DNA of 64,000 bases from Octopus vulgaris (Eukaryota): the NCBI GenBank assembly GCA_951406725.2, contig OX597817.1, positions 91,512,001 through 91,576,000 on the forward strand. The letters run 5' to 3'. The notes beneath the pieces were generated by a model, which ran no database searches, was not told the origin of the DNA, and was given only the letters and a program-made list of their open reading frames with translations. Shown here in pieces: positions 39,521 through 53,606 of the stretch (the stretch's first letter is position 1; each line of letters starts with the position of its first letter). The position numbers and the translations under genes are program-made.

Positions 39521-40150
39521 CTTAGTAGTGCTCAAGAGGTTTAAACTTGAGCGGGTAGAGAAATAAATATAAGGATAAGCAAGTTAAGGCAGGTCAATAT
39601 ATATATATATATATATATATACATGCAGACATATGTATGTATGTATACATATACACACATACACATTTATGCACACAAACACACACATGTATTGTACCTG
39701 TAAGTCTGTTTCAGAATTACATTAAGAGTACATATGTATGTCAGTTACTTGTATATAATTTTGTGCATAGATATTTCAATTGTTTGAGAAAACTGAAAAA
39801 CAACCTAACAGATCTATTGACTTTGCTTAAAGACGCTGGAAATATGATTAGAGGAAAATTTGGCTGCTATTTCTAGCTGATCATGTATTGATCTCGAGGT
39901 TCTTTTATGTGATCTCCTGAGTATATTACATGGGGACAGGGTATGTGTGTGTGCTTGTGCATATGTGAGTATGTGTGAGTTGATAATGAGAAGAGAGACA
40001 GGTTTTTAAGTGAGTCCAATTATATATTTATGATGATATAGCTATAAACAGAGCTAAAGTCACACAAGTATGCAAAGCATGCATGTGTATGTCCATTGTT
40101 GTTGATATTGTTCTCATTGTGTGTGTGTATGTGGTTGATATGTATGTGGT

Positions 40151-40200
<50 letters not shown>

Positions 40201-40423
40201 ACATTATTACTATCATTATTATTTAAAATGTTATTTATTCGGCTCCATGTGACTTAGATTATGGTAATCTAAGCCTAAACGAGCCAGGTTTCTGTTTGAA
40301 GCCTGCAAAACTTTAAGTCTATGTGTGTGTATTATATACATATGTATATGCATACAAATATATACATGTGTGTGTGTGTGTGTATATATATGTATTATAT
40401 ACATATGTAAAAACATATATACT

Positions 40424-40462
<39 letters not shown>

Positions 40463-40809
40463 TATATACATGTATATATATGTGTGTGTGCATGTTTGTC
40501 TGTCTGTTTATGCATGGGTCTATATTTGTGTATGTGTGTGCATGTGTGTACGTATTATATTTTATTTATCCAGCCTAAACACCACAGAGAAAGAGGTTGG
40601 CTTCAGGCAAAGCAACTCTGCAGCCTGGATTTGATTCCCAGGTGTAAATATTTCCGTTCACTTAGATTAGTAATGGATTTGGGAAAAACATGTGTATCAT
40701 GCAATCGTATTTCCCATTTCCTTATGAACCTTAGGCTTGTGTATATGTATGTATGTATGTTTGTGTGTAACATTTGCAAGGATAAGTGCATGTAATGTTT
40801 GCATCTATG

Positions 40810-40848
<39 letters not shown>

Positions 40849-41691
40849 ACATGTGTGTGTGTGTAAGAATCTATGTAAATATAAATGTATTATGAAAGTA
40901 TTTATGCATGCGTGTATGTATGTATATATGTATGTATGTAAGTGTGCATGCATGCATGTGTGTGTATGCATGTATGTTTGTATGTACATTTCTATGTATC
41001 TTATGTATCTTCTGGCTCAATTTTTCCCATTTCCCTCCCATAAAGAATCTACCTCCAGCCCATAAACAAGACACTTTAATTGGAATTTAGACAACATCAA
41101 CTGTTATGTCACTTATTACTATCATAATCCAAGTAAAGGAAAAATGAAATATAAAGCTACCCCCCCCCACACTCACAGCCACATCGCCACAGAACCTATG
41201 CATTATGCATAACACCACATCTGAACACAATCAGAAATACATCCATACCCATCCTTATGCACATAGACTTACCACCACTAATTCATAAAGACCAAACATC
41301 CAAACAGAAACAGTTTGGGAGAACCTGTTAAGAATATTACTGATGGTAATGAAAATCTTTGACAAACCAACTAATAAGGTAGTGAACTAAAACTAGTCTG
41401 TGTTTATATGGGCAAAATGAAAAACTAAAAGCCATAGCAATCACTTGCAAGTATGTATAACTTGGTATCCTGTACCATAGTTTTACTAATTGTCTATGGA
41501 GTCTTAAGCAAACATAGACACCTTCATGGCTCTCCCACTCTTGGTGTGGTGGAATATGAAGGTTGTGACATCTGGAGGGAAAGAGAGTTGTGTACTGGCC
41601 TAGTGCTGATTTCTGGTTTGCCAACTCCTGTCAAAATGTACAACCCATGCCAGCATGGAAAGCAGACATTCAATGATGATGATGATGATGG

Positions 41692-41830
41692 AGAAGAAGA
41701 AGAAGAAGAAGAAGAAGAAGAAGAAGAAGAAGAAGAAGAAGAAGAAGAAGAAGAAGAAGAAGAAGAAGAAGAAGAAGAAGAAGAAAAAGAAGGTAGTGGT
41801 GGTGGTGGTGGTGGTGGTGGTGGTGGTGGT
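41692..41830. repeat. (GAA)n followed by (GGT)n microsatellite, after a SINE (GAT)n tail
   Basis: Direct inspection. Confidence 0.95.
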
Positions 41831-42549
41831 GATGATAGTGACAATGGTGATGATATTTGTATACTGATGGCCCTCTTGATATACATAACCTCATGATAAA
41901 TATGTATACATATCCACTAGTATAGCCAAGTGGTTGAAAACGTTTGCTTTGTAACCATGAAGTTGGATGGTCAAGACTGGAAAATCTTAGGCATATCAGG
42001 GCTGACCTGGGAGGTTTAACAACAGCAAAAGCAAGAACAATAGGCATGTGTACATAACAACATCATACAAGTGTTCATAAATTATCCTTACAATTTCCAC
42101 AACTAATTATATCACATTGTATATGCTGTGTGCAACTACTGAAGCCCACGTGGAAGTGTTCTGTTGCTTCTTATAAAACTTTATTTGTTTTCCAATAAAC
42201 TCTGCTGAGTTATTCTTATTTTTTATTTTTTTACTGAATTTTTCAAATTGTAAAGGTCATGTATGGATACCCTGTATACCCAGAATACCTAAGTAATACA
42301 GATCTACACATTTTTCTCCTACTTTCTACACCGTTTATAAACATTATGCATAACAAATCAATGGGAAAGCATCTGTATAGTCACTTGTCCAGCTAAAAAC
42401 ATCAACCAAATTTCCCTCAAAATTACATAATGAAGGATACATTAGGAAATATTGTCCTACATATGTCAGGATGGAAAATTTTTGATCATAAGTGTACTCA
42501 GCCAGGGTTGATCAGAAGCTGCATAACAACAACAGAGACAATCATTTAA

Positions 42550-42766
42550 CTCTTTAACATTTAAACCAGCAATATCTGACCCATATATTCCACCTGTTTT
42601 ATGTTCAAACTGGCCAGATCTAGCATTTCACGCCTACCCTACAATGCTCTAAATATAAACAATCACATCATCAAAGTCTTGAAGCTATGAGATAATGCAG
42701 GATTATTTCAAAACAGTTTGAATAAATAAGCATTACATTTGCCTGAGTAATCTGAATGTTAAAAGG
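42550..42766. mobile_element. Second piggyBac-type MITE family, TTAA-flanked
   Basis: TTAA|CTCTTTAACATT...AATGTTAAAAGG|TTAA. Confidence 0.7.
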
Positions 42767-43827
42767 TTAAGCCAGTGTTCATCATAGGAGTTGGTGCTGC
42801 CCATCTTTGTGAGGACTGGAATGGGGTGGTGACTGACAAATTGACATGTTTAGTAAAATTCAGAAGGTTTTAAACATTTAAAGCTCATACACTACTATTG
42901 AGAATAAAGAAGAATTCTTTAGATGCAAACTCTATTTTGACTTTTTATTTAATAAAATGATGGGAAGGGGTCAAAGATTTTCTCAAATATTTTTTTGTGG
43001 GGAGATGTCAATAGGGATGTTGATATTTGTCACATAAAAAAACAATTAATTCAACCTATTTGATACCAACCCACTTGAGACCACCTCTAGATGATACAAA
43101 TTTATTGTTCTAAAGGGGTCTATATTAAATAAAAGCTTTCATTAAAATTTCTAGTTAATTTATGTCCCAAACAATACAAGCTAAATCAGTACAAAGTCAT
43201 TTTATTGCATCTTTCATTACTTTCAAAATTAACTGAAACAAAAACAGTGTATTTTAGCAGAGATATGGTAACAAACAAAGAGGTTTAACCATTTGACATT
43301 TTATTAAAAAAATTGAAAATGCTTATTATAATGCTTATCACACACAATACTGCTTCAGCAGAAATAGTATTGTATGAAGAAGCTATTATAACTGTGGAAT
43401 CAAAAGTTAACTTGATGCAGTCTTGTCATGCATATATGTCATTTCTGATGTAGTATTGTCATATATATGTCATGTATTATGTAGTATTGTTCATTTAAGA
43501 ACAGAAACACACATGGAATGGGAACAACCACTTAACAATGCAAATTTGGAAAAAAGTAAATTTATTCTGTCTTCTAGCTTTTAGAAGCCTCTATTTTGAA
43601 CAGTGAAATTTGAATGAGAACTAAGGGGGGAAAATAGCACATATACCCTTATGACAACTATGCGCATGTGTGTGTATGTGCATGCACTGAGTGTGTGTGC
43701 ATATATATAAAGTTATATACACTCACATCTATGTGTGTGTGTGTGTGTGTGTGTATAAGTATGTATCAAAAATATATACATATTAATACACACTCACGGA
43801 ACTGGAATCAATCAATCAATCAATCAT

Positions 43828-43892
<65 letters not shown>

Positions 43893-46069
43893 GAATAGAT
43901 AGATAGAGATTTGTGTGTATATATGTTTATGGATATGTATGCATACACACACATATATATATATATTAGATAATAAAACAATTGTATGTATATGTGTGTG
44001 TGAGTGTGTATGTGCATTTATGTGTGTTTATATATATATATGTTTATGCTTATTTCATTGCTGATGCATGAAATATAGCAAAATTTATGAAAGAAGTACC
44101 ATCTCTTTATACTACATAAAGACATTAGGGATTTGAGGAATATGTCAGTCTCATCTGTTGAAATGAATCACGACAGCTGCCACAATACATAATACAGTAT
44201 TGGGGCTTTTTGATGGAAACATTGTTAATATACATATTAAAGAACCATACAACAGATGAAATAGAAAACAAAAAACTACTAAGAAATTCTTAACTGTCAA
44301 TAGTCTAATGCATGATTTTAGAATCACACTCCTCAAACTAGCATCATATCCTTGCCTTGTTGCTTGTATGTCTCTGCACTGTACGTCTTAACAGTTTCCG
44401 TGTCACTTCTAGATTATTCCTCATTTGAAATACTTCTCTTAGAGTCAAAATATTAAATGATTTTATTACATTTTTCCTTGTACACCTATCCCCCTACACA
44501 CACTCTGAAACACACACATACTCACTCACACACGTGCGCACACATGCACAAACACTCAGTAGGCTTCATAAATTTCCTGTCTCAATACAATTTCGTAAGC
44601 TGTTGTTTTTTAATCAACAATTGCTCATAAATTGCCTCAGTCTACTCCCACCGTTTCCACTCAGTAAAGACCAAGAGACCTGCTCTGTCATTAGAGACTT
44701 GCCACTTAATGTCTGCTCAATTTAATGTTTGCTAATTAAGGATGAACATCAAATATAATTAACGTTAAAAAGATGAAGCAGAAATGAAAATTTATGGTTA
44801 ACAGGGAAGTATGAGAAGAAAATGTTTTTAATAGAGGCCAACAAGAGCAGATAGAAGTAGAAAGAGGCAGATAGAGGCATGTAGAGGCATATAGGGTGGC
44901 TTTGTGAGGAGTAGACAGATGTTGACAGAGACAGTTAGAGGCAGTTAGAGGCAGAGTGATTTCAGTTGAGGTAGAAAGAGGTTGATAGAGACAGGTAGAG
45001 CCAGATCAAGTGATTTTCAGAGAAGTAGACAGAGATAATTAGAGACAGGCAGAAGCAGAGACAGGTGGAGATAGTGGCAGTTGAAATAACTTTGATAGAA
45101 ACAGATAGAGTTGTAACAAACTATGATATAAGGTGTTGTTCTCTTTTACAATCTCAAAGAACTAAATTCGTATGAATAATGCTCAATTGCAAATCAGATA
45201 GAATATATATCTCGCAAGGGATTTTTATCATTTTTGTGTTGGTTTTTTTTTTACCAATGGTTACATCATTCACCAATATACATTCCCAAAATATGCACAT
45301 ATACATCCATCTGTGCATGCTTGAATGGCACATATGTATACATGTTTGTATGCATGTATGCATACATGATAGCAGTAAACTTGTAAACAAGTAAAACCAT
45401 CACTAACAAAGCAATGCCTGTGTAAAATTTTAGGTTCAATAAAGCTTGTACAACATCTCATAGACACTTTCCACACTATTGACATGATCCAGAGATAAGT
45501 TATCACAAGATATCTGGTGCCAATATAGGTCACAAACTCAGAAATGTGGGATATCAGGTACAAGCAAAAGATCCCCAAGAATGAGCAATGTCATTTCCTG
45601 CATATCTGGTTTCATATGAGTGTTACTTCTTGAGATGAGGGACGCTCCACTCCTAGCAGCCTTCCAGCATGCTGGATATCAACCCAGAATTTCTGAGCGC
45701 CCATGCTATTGATAGATAGCTGTTAAACCTACGCTTTGCTCATCCATCCTTCTGACAGATCTTGATTTTAGTCCTGCATGGTTTCTAGCAACCCTTCTCA
45801 ACTGGTTAGCCCAGTGGGTGTGCCACTTTAGTCACCAATGACTTAGCCATGAAATAAGTTGTACTAGATTTCATGTTACCATCAGCACTCATGAAAGATT
45901 TCACAAGTGACCTGACATACATACATATGTACATGCATGCATACATACATACATACATATGTACATGCATACATACATACATACATACATACATACATAC
46001 ATACATACATACATACATACATACATACATACATACATACGTACATACATACGTACATACATACATTTG

Positions 46070-46245
46070 CAAATCTAGTACCCAAGATACACTTTCAACT
46101 TCATACCTATCGTTATTGGAGCAACAGGATTCATGCCAACCCATCCAGAGCAAAGAATGACTGAACTTGAGATCATGGGAACAAAATGCAAATCCTTAAT
46201 CACAATATCTGGGATTGTGAAAATCTGCAACACCTTTAAATATTA
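46070..46245 (+). mobile_element. R4/Dong-like LINE extreme 3' coding end
   Basis: YPRYTFNFIPIVIGATGFMP...ISGIVKICNTF. Confidence 0.55.
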
Positions 46246-47826
46246 AAGATTTTAAGGATGATGCTAAAAACAAGATACTTTCCTTTACACCCTTGCTACC
46301 AAGTTAGTGGCTGGTCAAAAGTTACTCTAAATTAAAAAGAGAAAGAAGGTGGTGTGCTGGCAGAATAGTTAATGCGATGGGTAAAATGCTTGATGGATTT
46401 TATCCGTCTCTTCATTCTGAGTTCAAATTCCACCAAGGTTGACTTTGCCTTTTATCTTTTCTGGTAGAAAAAAAAAAGTACCAGTTGAATGCTGGATCAA
46501 TGTAATTGACTTAGCCCCTCCCCCAAATTTTCTCCCCTTGTGCCAAAATTTGAAACTAAATTAAAAAGTGAAGGAGAAGAACATACATACATTCATCAAT
46601 ACATACATGTGGTTAGTGTGTTTGACTCACAATCATGATTTGATCCCTGGATGTTTCACTGAATGAAGAGTGGGAGGCTAAGATGGTGTCTATGTCTGCT
46701 TGTGACTACTTAAAACACCTAAAACAATGAGCAAAAGCATGGTACATGCTCTATCCAATCACTCTCACATTCTAAAATATGAGTAGTTATGTAGCTTCTT
46801 TACACCAAAAAAACCTTTTCTACTTTGGCTACTTCTCTCTTATATTAACCATTCATCTCCAAGAATAAAGCAGCCCTTTCAGGGTCCATAGTCTTGTGAG
46901 CTGCATGGTAACTTCACTAGTGTTCATGGCATTAAAATAGCACCCAGAAATAGCAATAAAGTGATTGATATTAGGAAGGGCATCCAGCTGTACAAACTAT
47001 GCTAAAGCAGATGCTGACATACAATGCAGTTCTTAGGCTCATCAAATCTTATCAAACCATCCAATTTGTGCCAGCATGGATGATAGTGATGATGATGATC
47101 ATCATCATATAATCATATGTGCATGTGTGTGCGTGTGTGTCTGTGTGCATGCGTTTGTGTGAGTGTATGTATATATATATATATATAAACAACAATAAAT
47201 AATATTTGTCTCTTCTAATAGAAACAAAAGGGTTTATAGGACTTAAATAAGGGCTCAAATATAAATGAGACAAAGATAAAGAAGCATTGGTTATAGAACA
47301 AACATTAAGTATGGGTCAATAACTTTACATACAACACCACCCCTCAAACATTTAATAATATATAAAATCACATTGGTTCACAAACACATAAAAAATAAAA
47401 CAAATACATAAAATCACAGAAGATAAAAGTATATAATCGAATAAAATACAAATAGAACGCCCTATCAAAAATGTTAAATACATACGGCTAAAAATTCAAA
47501 AACTACCGAAAAACTTAATAGACAAATATGAAATAAGTAAAGGTAAAAAAAAAAATAAAATAAATATCTACCGACTAAAAAAGTTTTAGAGACGATTAAA
47601 ATATTTTTTTTAAATTAAAAAAAATTTTTTTTTAATATTTGAAAAAATATTTGAAAAAAATGTCCTTTTACTTCCCTCATACAAATACATCCAAAGTTCA
47701 TAAGTAAACAGACTTCCACAGGTCAAATTCACATACATCTTGAAAAAAGTCTTTTACTCCTCCACACAAGTATGTCCAAAAGTTCATAATGAGCAGACTT
47801 CACAAGTCAAATTCAACAGTCACATA

Positions 47827-47909
47827 TATCTATGACCATTTCAGGAACTCACCACCGGAATGTATTTACACTAAAGTGCAACATGGCAATGACCCTCCTC
47901 GTCAGGATA
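47827..47909 (-). ncRNA. Hammerhead motif with canonical CUGACGA core and long helix II, in an AT-rich TA-flanked element (~47185-48010)
   Basis: TATC-CTGACGA-GGA..TCATTGCC..ATGT.TGCACT/AGTGTA.ACAT..GGTGGTGA..TCC-T-GAAATG-GT-CATA-GATA. Confidence 0.65.
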
Positions 47910-48285
47910 AACAGGAGACATGCACAGATAAAAATTTTTTAGGAAAAGTTTGTTTAATTTAAAAGAAAATCTCAACAACGGACCAGTTCAAATTTTCTAA
48001 AAAAAAACAGTATATAAATATATTTATATAATGGGTTAGAACAAAAGTGCTTACCATTTTTTCATGTAAAATTCAAAATCAATATTTAGATATTTATACA
48101 TATCTTTATTCAACTACGTATATTCCATTTTGTTCCATTACTTTATGCCCTCTTCAAGGCAGCTTCCCAACCCCATGGTTCCAGGTTCAGTCTCAATGAA
48201 TGGCACCTTGGGCAAATGTCTTCAACTATAGCTTCGTGCCAACCAATGCCTTGTAAATGAATTAAGTAGACAGAAACTGAATAAA

Positions 48286-48516
48286 GGCGGCGAGCTGGCA
48301 GAAATGTTAGCACGCCGGGCGAAATGCTTAGCGGTATTTTGTCTGCCGCTACATTCTGAGTTCAAATTCTGCCGAGGTCGACTTTGCCTTTCATCTTTTC
48401 AGGGTCAATTAAATAAGTACTAGTTATGCACTGGGGTCGATATAATCGACTTAATCTGTTTATCTGTCCTTGTTAGTCCCCTCTGTGTGTAGCCCCTTGT
48501 GAGCAGTAAAGAAATA
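48286..48516 (+). mobile_element. Young SINE family B copy inserted in a family A SINE, 14-bp TSD
   Basis: AGAAACTGAATAAA at 48272-48285 and 48517-48530. Other copies at ~46345-46560, 49502-49715 and 63270-63465. Confidence 0.85.
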
Positions 48517-48534
48517 AGAAACTGAATAAAGTCT

Positions 48535-48570
<36 letters not shown>

Positions 48571-50783
48571 TGACTTCCTCCATCACTTGACAATTGGTGT
48601 TGGTGTGTTTACCTCCCTGTAGCCTAGTGGTCCAGCAAAAGAAACTAATAGGATAAGAACTAGGCTTAAAATAACTAAGTATTGGGGTTGGTTCTTTCAA
48701 CTAAAATTTTTCAAGGTGGTACCCCAGCATGAGGAGTCTAATGACTGAAATAAGTAAAAACCCAAAAGCAAAAAGTAATAATGCAATGTCTTCTCATTCT
48801 TTAATGGTTTTCTCAGAAGAGGAAGGATCATGCCATGATCTTTTCCAGGACCTCCATGACAGGTAGGAGGTAGAAAGTTATTCTCAGGCCTGGTACAAAT
48901 TCTTGCAACAGACTAGCCTTCACTAAAGGTACCCAAGTGCCAGATGGTGATGTTAAACCTGGCACCCTCTTTACCAAATTCCTGTTAAAATAAACTGCCT
49001 TTGTTTTAATTAATTTTAGAAATAATAAAGAATTTAGTAAAATAACTTTATCATTATCAAACTGGAGTTTGAAACATAAATTAACGTGAAACTTTTTTGG
49101 AAGGTTTTAATTGAGTTCACTATGAAATAATAAGTTTGTATCCTAGATTCATAGGCAGTTTTGGGTGGTTTGATATCAAATGGGTTAAATTTACCACCTA
49201 ATGTTAGGAGCTCTCTGACAGGCTTCCGTATAGTTTCTGTCAGCCAAATTCCACTTACAATGCTTTGATCAACCCAGAGCATTGTCAGAAGATATTTGGT
49301 GAAAGTTCTATATAGTGATATGTGTGAATCCAGGACACCATAGACATGAAGCAGACTGTTAAACCACATAACCATGCCTATACTCACTAAGATGCGATTA
49401 GATGAAAATTTGCCGCTATATTAAACAGAATGAATGAATACGTAAAAGCTTGTTCAGAGAATCATTTATGCTACTGTTGTTAGTATTATTATTATTGTTC
49501 CTAAGGCAGTGAGCTGGCAGAATCATTACTGCACTGAGCAAAATGCTTAGCAGCATTTCTTCTGACCATAAGTTCTGAGTTCAAATGCCACCAGGGTCAA
49601 CTTTGCCTTCCATCCTTTTGGGGTTGATAAAATAAGTACCAATTGAAGACTGTAGTCGATGTAATTGGCTTACCTGCTCCCCGAAATTATTGGCCTTGTA
49701 CCAAAATTGGAAACTATTATTATTAATGCTCTTCTTTAATCCAAAGACATCATAATCATGACCACTTATTTTTTTTCTTTTCCAAACAATGTGTCATAGG
49801 ACTGCATTTTTTTTCAATATATCCAATTAAAAAGGGATGACTTTAAAGGAGATTTGGCTGCTATTTCCAGCACATTAAGTATTAGCCTTCTCATTGTTGT
49901 TATCTTCATTTTGATGATTATGTGTCCTCTCATACAAAAATGGAAGATATCTGCAACATGGCATGTTGCCATTCGTGTAAATCTTCAATAGTTTTCATGT
50001 GTGAGGCATCAAATGTCAAAGAATAGCACCTGACCTCACCACTTGTTTTTCTTACTTTGACTCTGCTATAATGTCTATCTTCTTCCCCAGTTTCATTGTC
50101 TTCACAACTATTATCAAAAATGTTTCTGGTCTGTTTAACTGTTTTCAAATCAGGCATGTTGGCATGAAAACCTATCATTAGATATTCATGTTTAAATTAA
50201 AACCTTCCATTATAATATGTAAGTAGCCTTTGTTGACTTAAGCTTCAAACACCAAATTAATAATAATTTAATTTATTTCTAATTCAGGCACAATGCCAGC
50301 AGTTATGAGGGAAGTGAGTTACATCTGTTATAGCATTATACTATCCTTAGAAGGATGAAAGTCAAAGTTGACCCAGGTGTCAACATGGAGCTTAAAGTGC
50401 TTTAACTAAATATTGCAAAGCATTTTGTCCAACACTCTAAAACTTCTACCAAACCACCACCCTGAAATATGAAATTAACTTTTTCTAATAATGACAAAAA
50501 TTAATGTGCTAAATTTCTCTAAATTCTTGAAAATTAATTGAAACATAAGTTTTACATTTCTTTAAAATATCTTTATATATTTTTTACCTTTTTACTTGTC
50601 TCAGTCATTAGACTGTGGCCATGCTGAGGCACCACCTTGCAGAATTTTAGTCAAATTTATTGACACCAGTACTTATTCTATCAGTCTTTTTTGCCAAACC
50701 ACTTAGTTGTAGGGATGTAAACACACTGACACCGGTTGTCAAGTGGCAGTGGGGGACAAACACACACACACATACATATTTGT

Positions 50784-51189
50784 ATATTATTTAATAGACA
50801 CCATACATGTTTTTATGTGCTACTAATAGTTTCTTGTGCTAAGAACATGCCAAATGATGAATTATAACATGTGTAACATCACACAGTCATCAGGCACAAA
50901 CCACATAGCATAATGTACTAAAAATTGAATGAGAGAAGAAACGCAAAAATTTGAGAAGGAAGCAGAAAGAAAATGTTTTCTGCTTTTTAACCTTCCATGT
51001 TTTCTATATGCTTCCTTCTCAACTTTTTGTGTTTCTTCTCTCATTCAATCTTTAGTTTGTTATACTATGTGGTTTGTGCCTGATGACTGTGTGATGTTAC
51101 ATATGTTATAATTCATTATTTAGCATGTTCTCAGCACAATAAACTATTAGTAGCACATAAAAACATGTATTGTGTCTATTAAATAATAT
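50784..51189. repeat. Fold-back element, ~180-bp arms, with a hammerhead in each arm (50817-50900 on -, 51073-51160 on +)
   Basis: Arms are reverse complements with scattered mismatches. The - copy has an intact CTGATGA/GAAAC core; the + copy has TAAAC. Confidence 0.88.
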
Positions 51190-51264
51190 TTATCTCTCAC
51201 CAGATGGAGTACTTTTTTTGTTGTTTTTACCATCATGGAACAGTACATTATATATTTATATACA

Positions 51265-51670
51265 TAGGTGCAGGTGTGGCTGTGTGGTAAGAAGCTTACT
51301 TCTCAACCACATGGTTCTGAACCCAGAACCATGTGGTTCGGAACCTAGAACCATGGCACTGTATGGAACCTTCAGCAAGTGTCTTCTACTATAGCCTCGA
51401 GCTAACCAAAGCCTTGTGCGTGGATTTGGATGACAGAAACTGAAAGAAGCTCGTTGTATATATATATTTGTGTGTCTGTCTTTGTCCCCACCACCATTGC
51501 TTGACAATCGATGTTGGTGTGTTTACGTCCCTGTAACTTAGCAGCTTGGCAAAAGAGACCAATAGAATAAATACTAGGCATACAAAGAATATGTCCTGGG
51601 GTTGATTTGTTCAACTAAAGGCAGTGTTCCAGCATTGCTGCAGTCAAATGACTGAAACAAGTAAAAGAAT
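51265..51670 (+). mobile_element. SINE family A with a local inverted duplication in the head
   Basis: AACCACATGGTTCTG-AACC-CAGAACCATGTGGTT. Confidence 0.75.
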
Positions 51671-51673
51671 ATT

Positions 51674-51716
<43 letters not shown>

Positions 51717-53176
51717 TATATAATGTATACACACACACACACAACAGGTTTCATTCAGTTTCCATCTACCAAATCCACTTACAATGGTTTGGTCAGCCTG
51801 AGGCTTTAGAAGACACTTGCCCAAGGTGCCACACAGTGGAATGGAACTTGGAATCATGTGGTTGGGAAGCAAACTTCTTAAGGTTTTTCAAATGAAATAA
51901 TTTTCAACTATTAGTCATTACATTACATAACCTTATATGCATTAGTCGTTACATTACATATTCTTATATACATTACACATCCTTTTACAGTGTAAAAGGA
52001 TATGTAATGTATATAACATTTTAAAATATTAATGATGGAGAATGTATTGAGATGTAAAGAGGTTGTTGGTATAAGAAAGATACCCATATTAAAATCATAA
52101 CATACAACAATAAAAATTAAGGATCTACTCTTATTGATGTATGTACCATGTGAGGAAGAATCATATGAGTTAAAACATTGTCTATTCAAATCATTGAAGT
52201 AAAATATATGGAAAATGGTGAAGATTATATAGATATTTATTCAGGCTGTATTTTGAACTCAAAACATTTATTTCTTAATCAGCAGTTCCAATTCCAATGC
52301 TGTCACAGTCCAATCAGTGAACATCTCTTGGTTGTTTATCAATTGAACGTTTAGCAATATTGCAATATAACAGCAGGTAAAATGACTTCTCCAGTTTGTC
52401 CCACAAAAATTTGCTAATGGCAGGGGATTATAAGGAGATATTATATAGTAAAAGTATTTGTATGTCTTCATTGAATACCACTATGAAAAGAAGAAACCCA
52501 TTTTATACCCCTTGTCCTCCATTTCTATCAACTTAGTGATCAGAACAAATCTTTCCTACAATGAAGTTTCTGATTCTGCTTATACCTGAGATAATTGATT
52601 TAGTCAAGTGTTTTTATAGCAAAATACTCTTATGAAAGTGGATTGGTTAAGTCAATAAGGATTAATTCCTTAGCGACCAATGAAACCACACCAATGATTT
52701 CCTTGCTTTTCTCACTCTGCTATTAACTCATCTCAACTGCTGACATCCCTGTTGCACCAATAAAAGCTGTAAAAGCATCAACATTAATAGCTCAAGTAAT
52801 TGCTGCTGTTCTGTTTGTTTTATTACTTTGAGACTAGCTGTCTGATTTTGTTATTATCCTCAATGAATTAATATTGTGATTAGCAAATGGTGTGTTTACT
52901 AGAAGCAATCAATTACTGGTCATGAAGAATAGAGACGATGATTTAGAGTTCTAAATATAAGTTACAAATAGCAAGTGATGGTAGGTGTACTGCTTGTTGT
53001 AATGAACTGAATTATATACTAGAAATTTTCATGGATGCATAGGTCTGGCTGTGTGGTAAAGTTGTTTGTTTCACAATAACATAATTCCAGATTCTAATCT
53101 ACTGCACAGTGTCTTAGGTGTAAAACAAATGTCTTCTACAGTTGCCTTCTGTTGACTAATACTTTTCAGAAGTTCA

Positions 53177-53223
<47 letters not shown>

Positions 53224-53461
53224 ATATACAATACACACACAGAGGACACTCTTAACAGTATTATTGCTTCCTGAGAAAATAAGTGCACTGGGTCCTATAG
53301 TATTTATTATTTATTGACAGAAAACCACAACAAACAAAGATCAGAATTAGGTCAAACATCCAGCGAAACACCGTTGTATATATATATATATATAAATTAA
53401 TCATAAATTTGAAGGAGAAGCACACTCTTAGTTATGGAGCAGTAGTGTATTTAGAGAAATG

Positions 53462-53574
53462 CATAGGGTTACCCAGGGCTTTGTATCCATAAAGCACTTA
53501 GCGTTATATATGTCTCTCCCTAATGGCCAGTAGCCTCAGCGCTTTATGGATGCAAAATGCTGGGTAACCCTATG
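53462..53574. repeat. Short fold-back of a PLE-type terminus (family of 3573-3660)
   Basis: CATAGGGTTACCCAG..TCCATAAAGC / GCTTTATGGA..CTGGGTAACCCTATG. Confidence 0.7.
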
Positions 53575-53606
53575 AACTGGTCATAACTATCTTCCTCTAA
53601 ATATAT

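Noticed and set aside
40241-40295. Hairpin GGCTC..CTTAGATT/AATCTAAG..GAGCC as a hammerhead
   Set aside because: It lacks recognisable CUGANGA and GAAA core elements.
41453-42047. Poly-E/K/S/L/H ORFs
   Set aside because: They come from the (GAT)(GAA)(GGT) microsatellite at a SINE tail and are not a gene.
50862-51111. Two near-identical ORFs on opposite strands (MREETQK...)
   Set aside because: They are a by-product of the inverted repeat and have no protein similarity.
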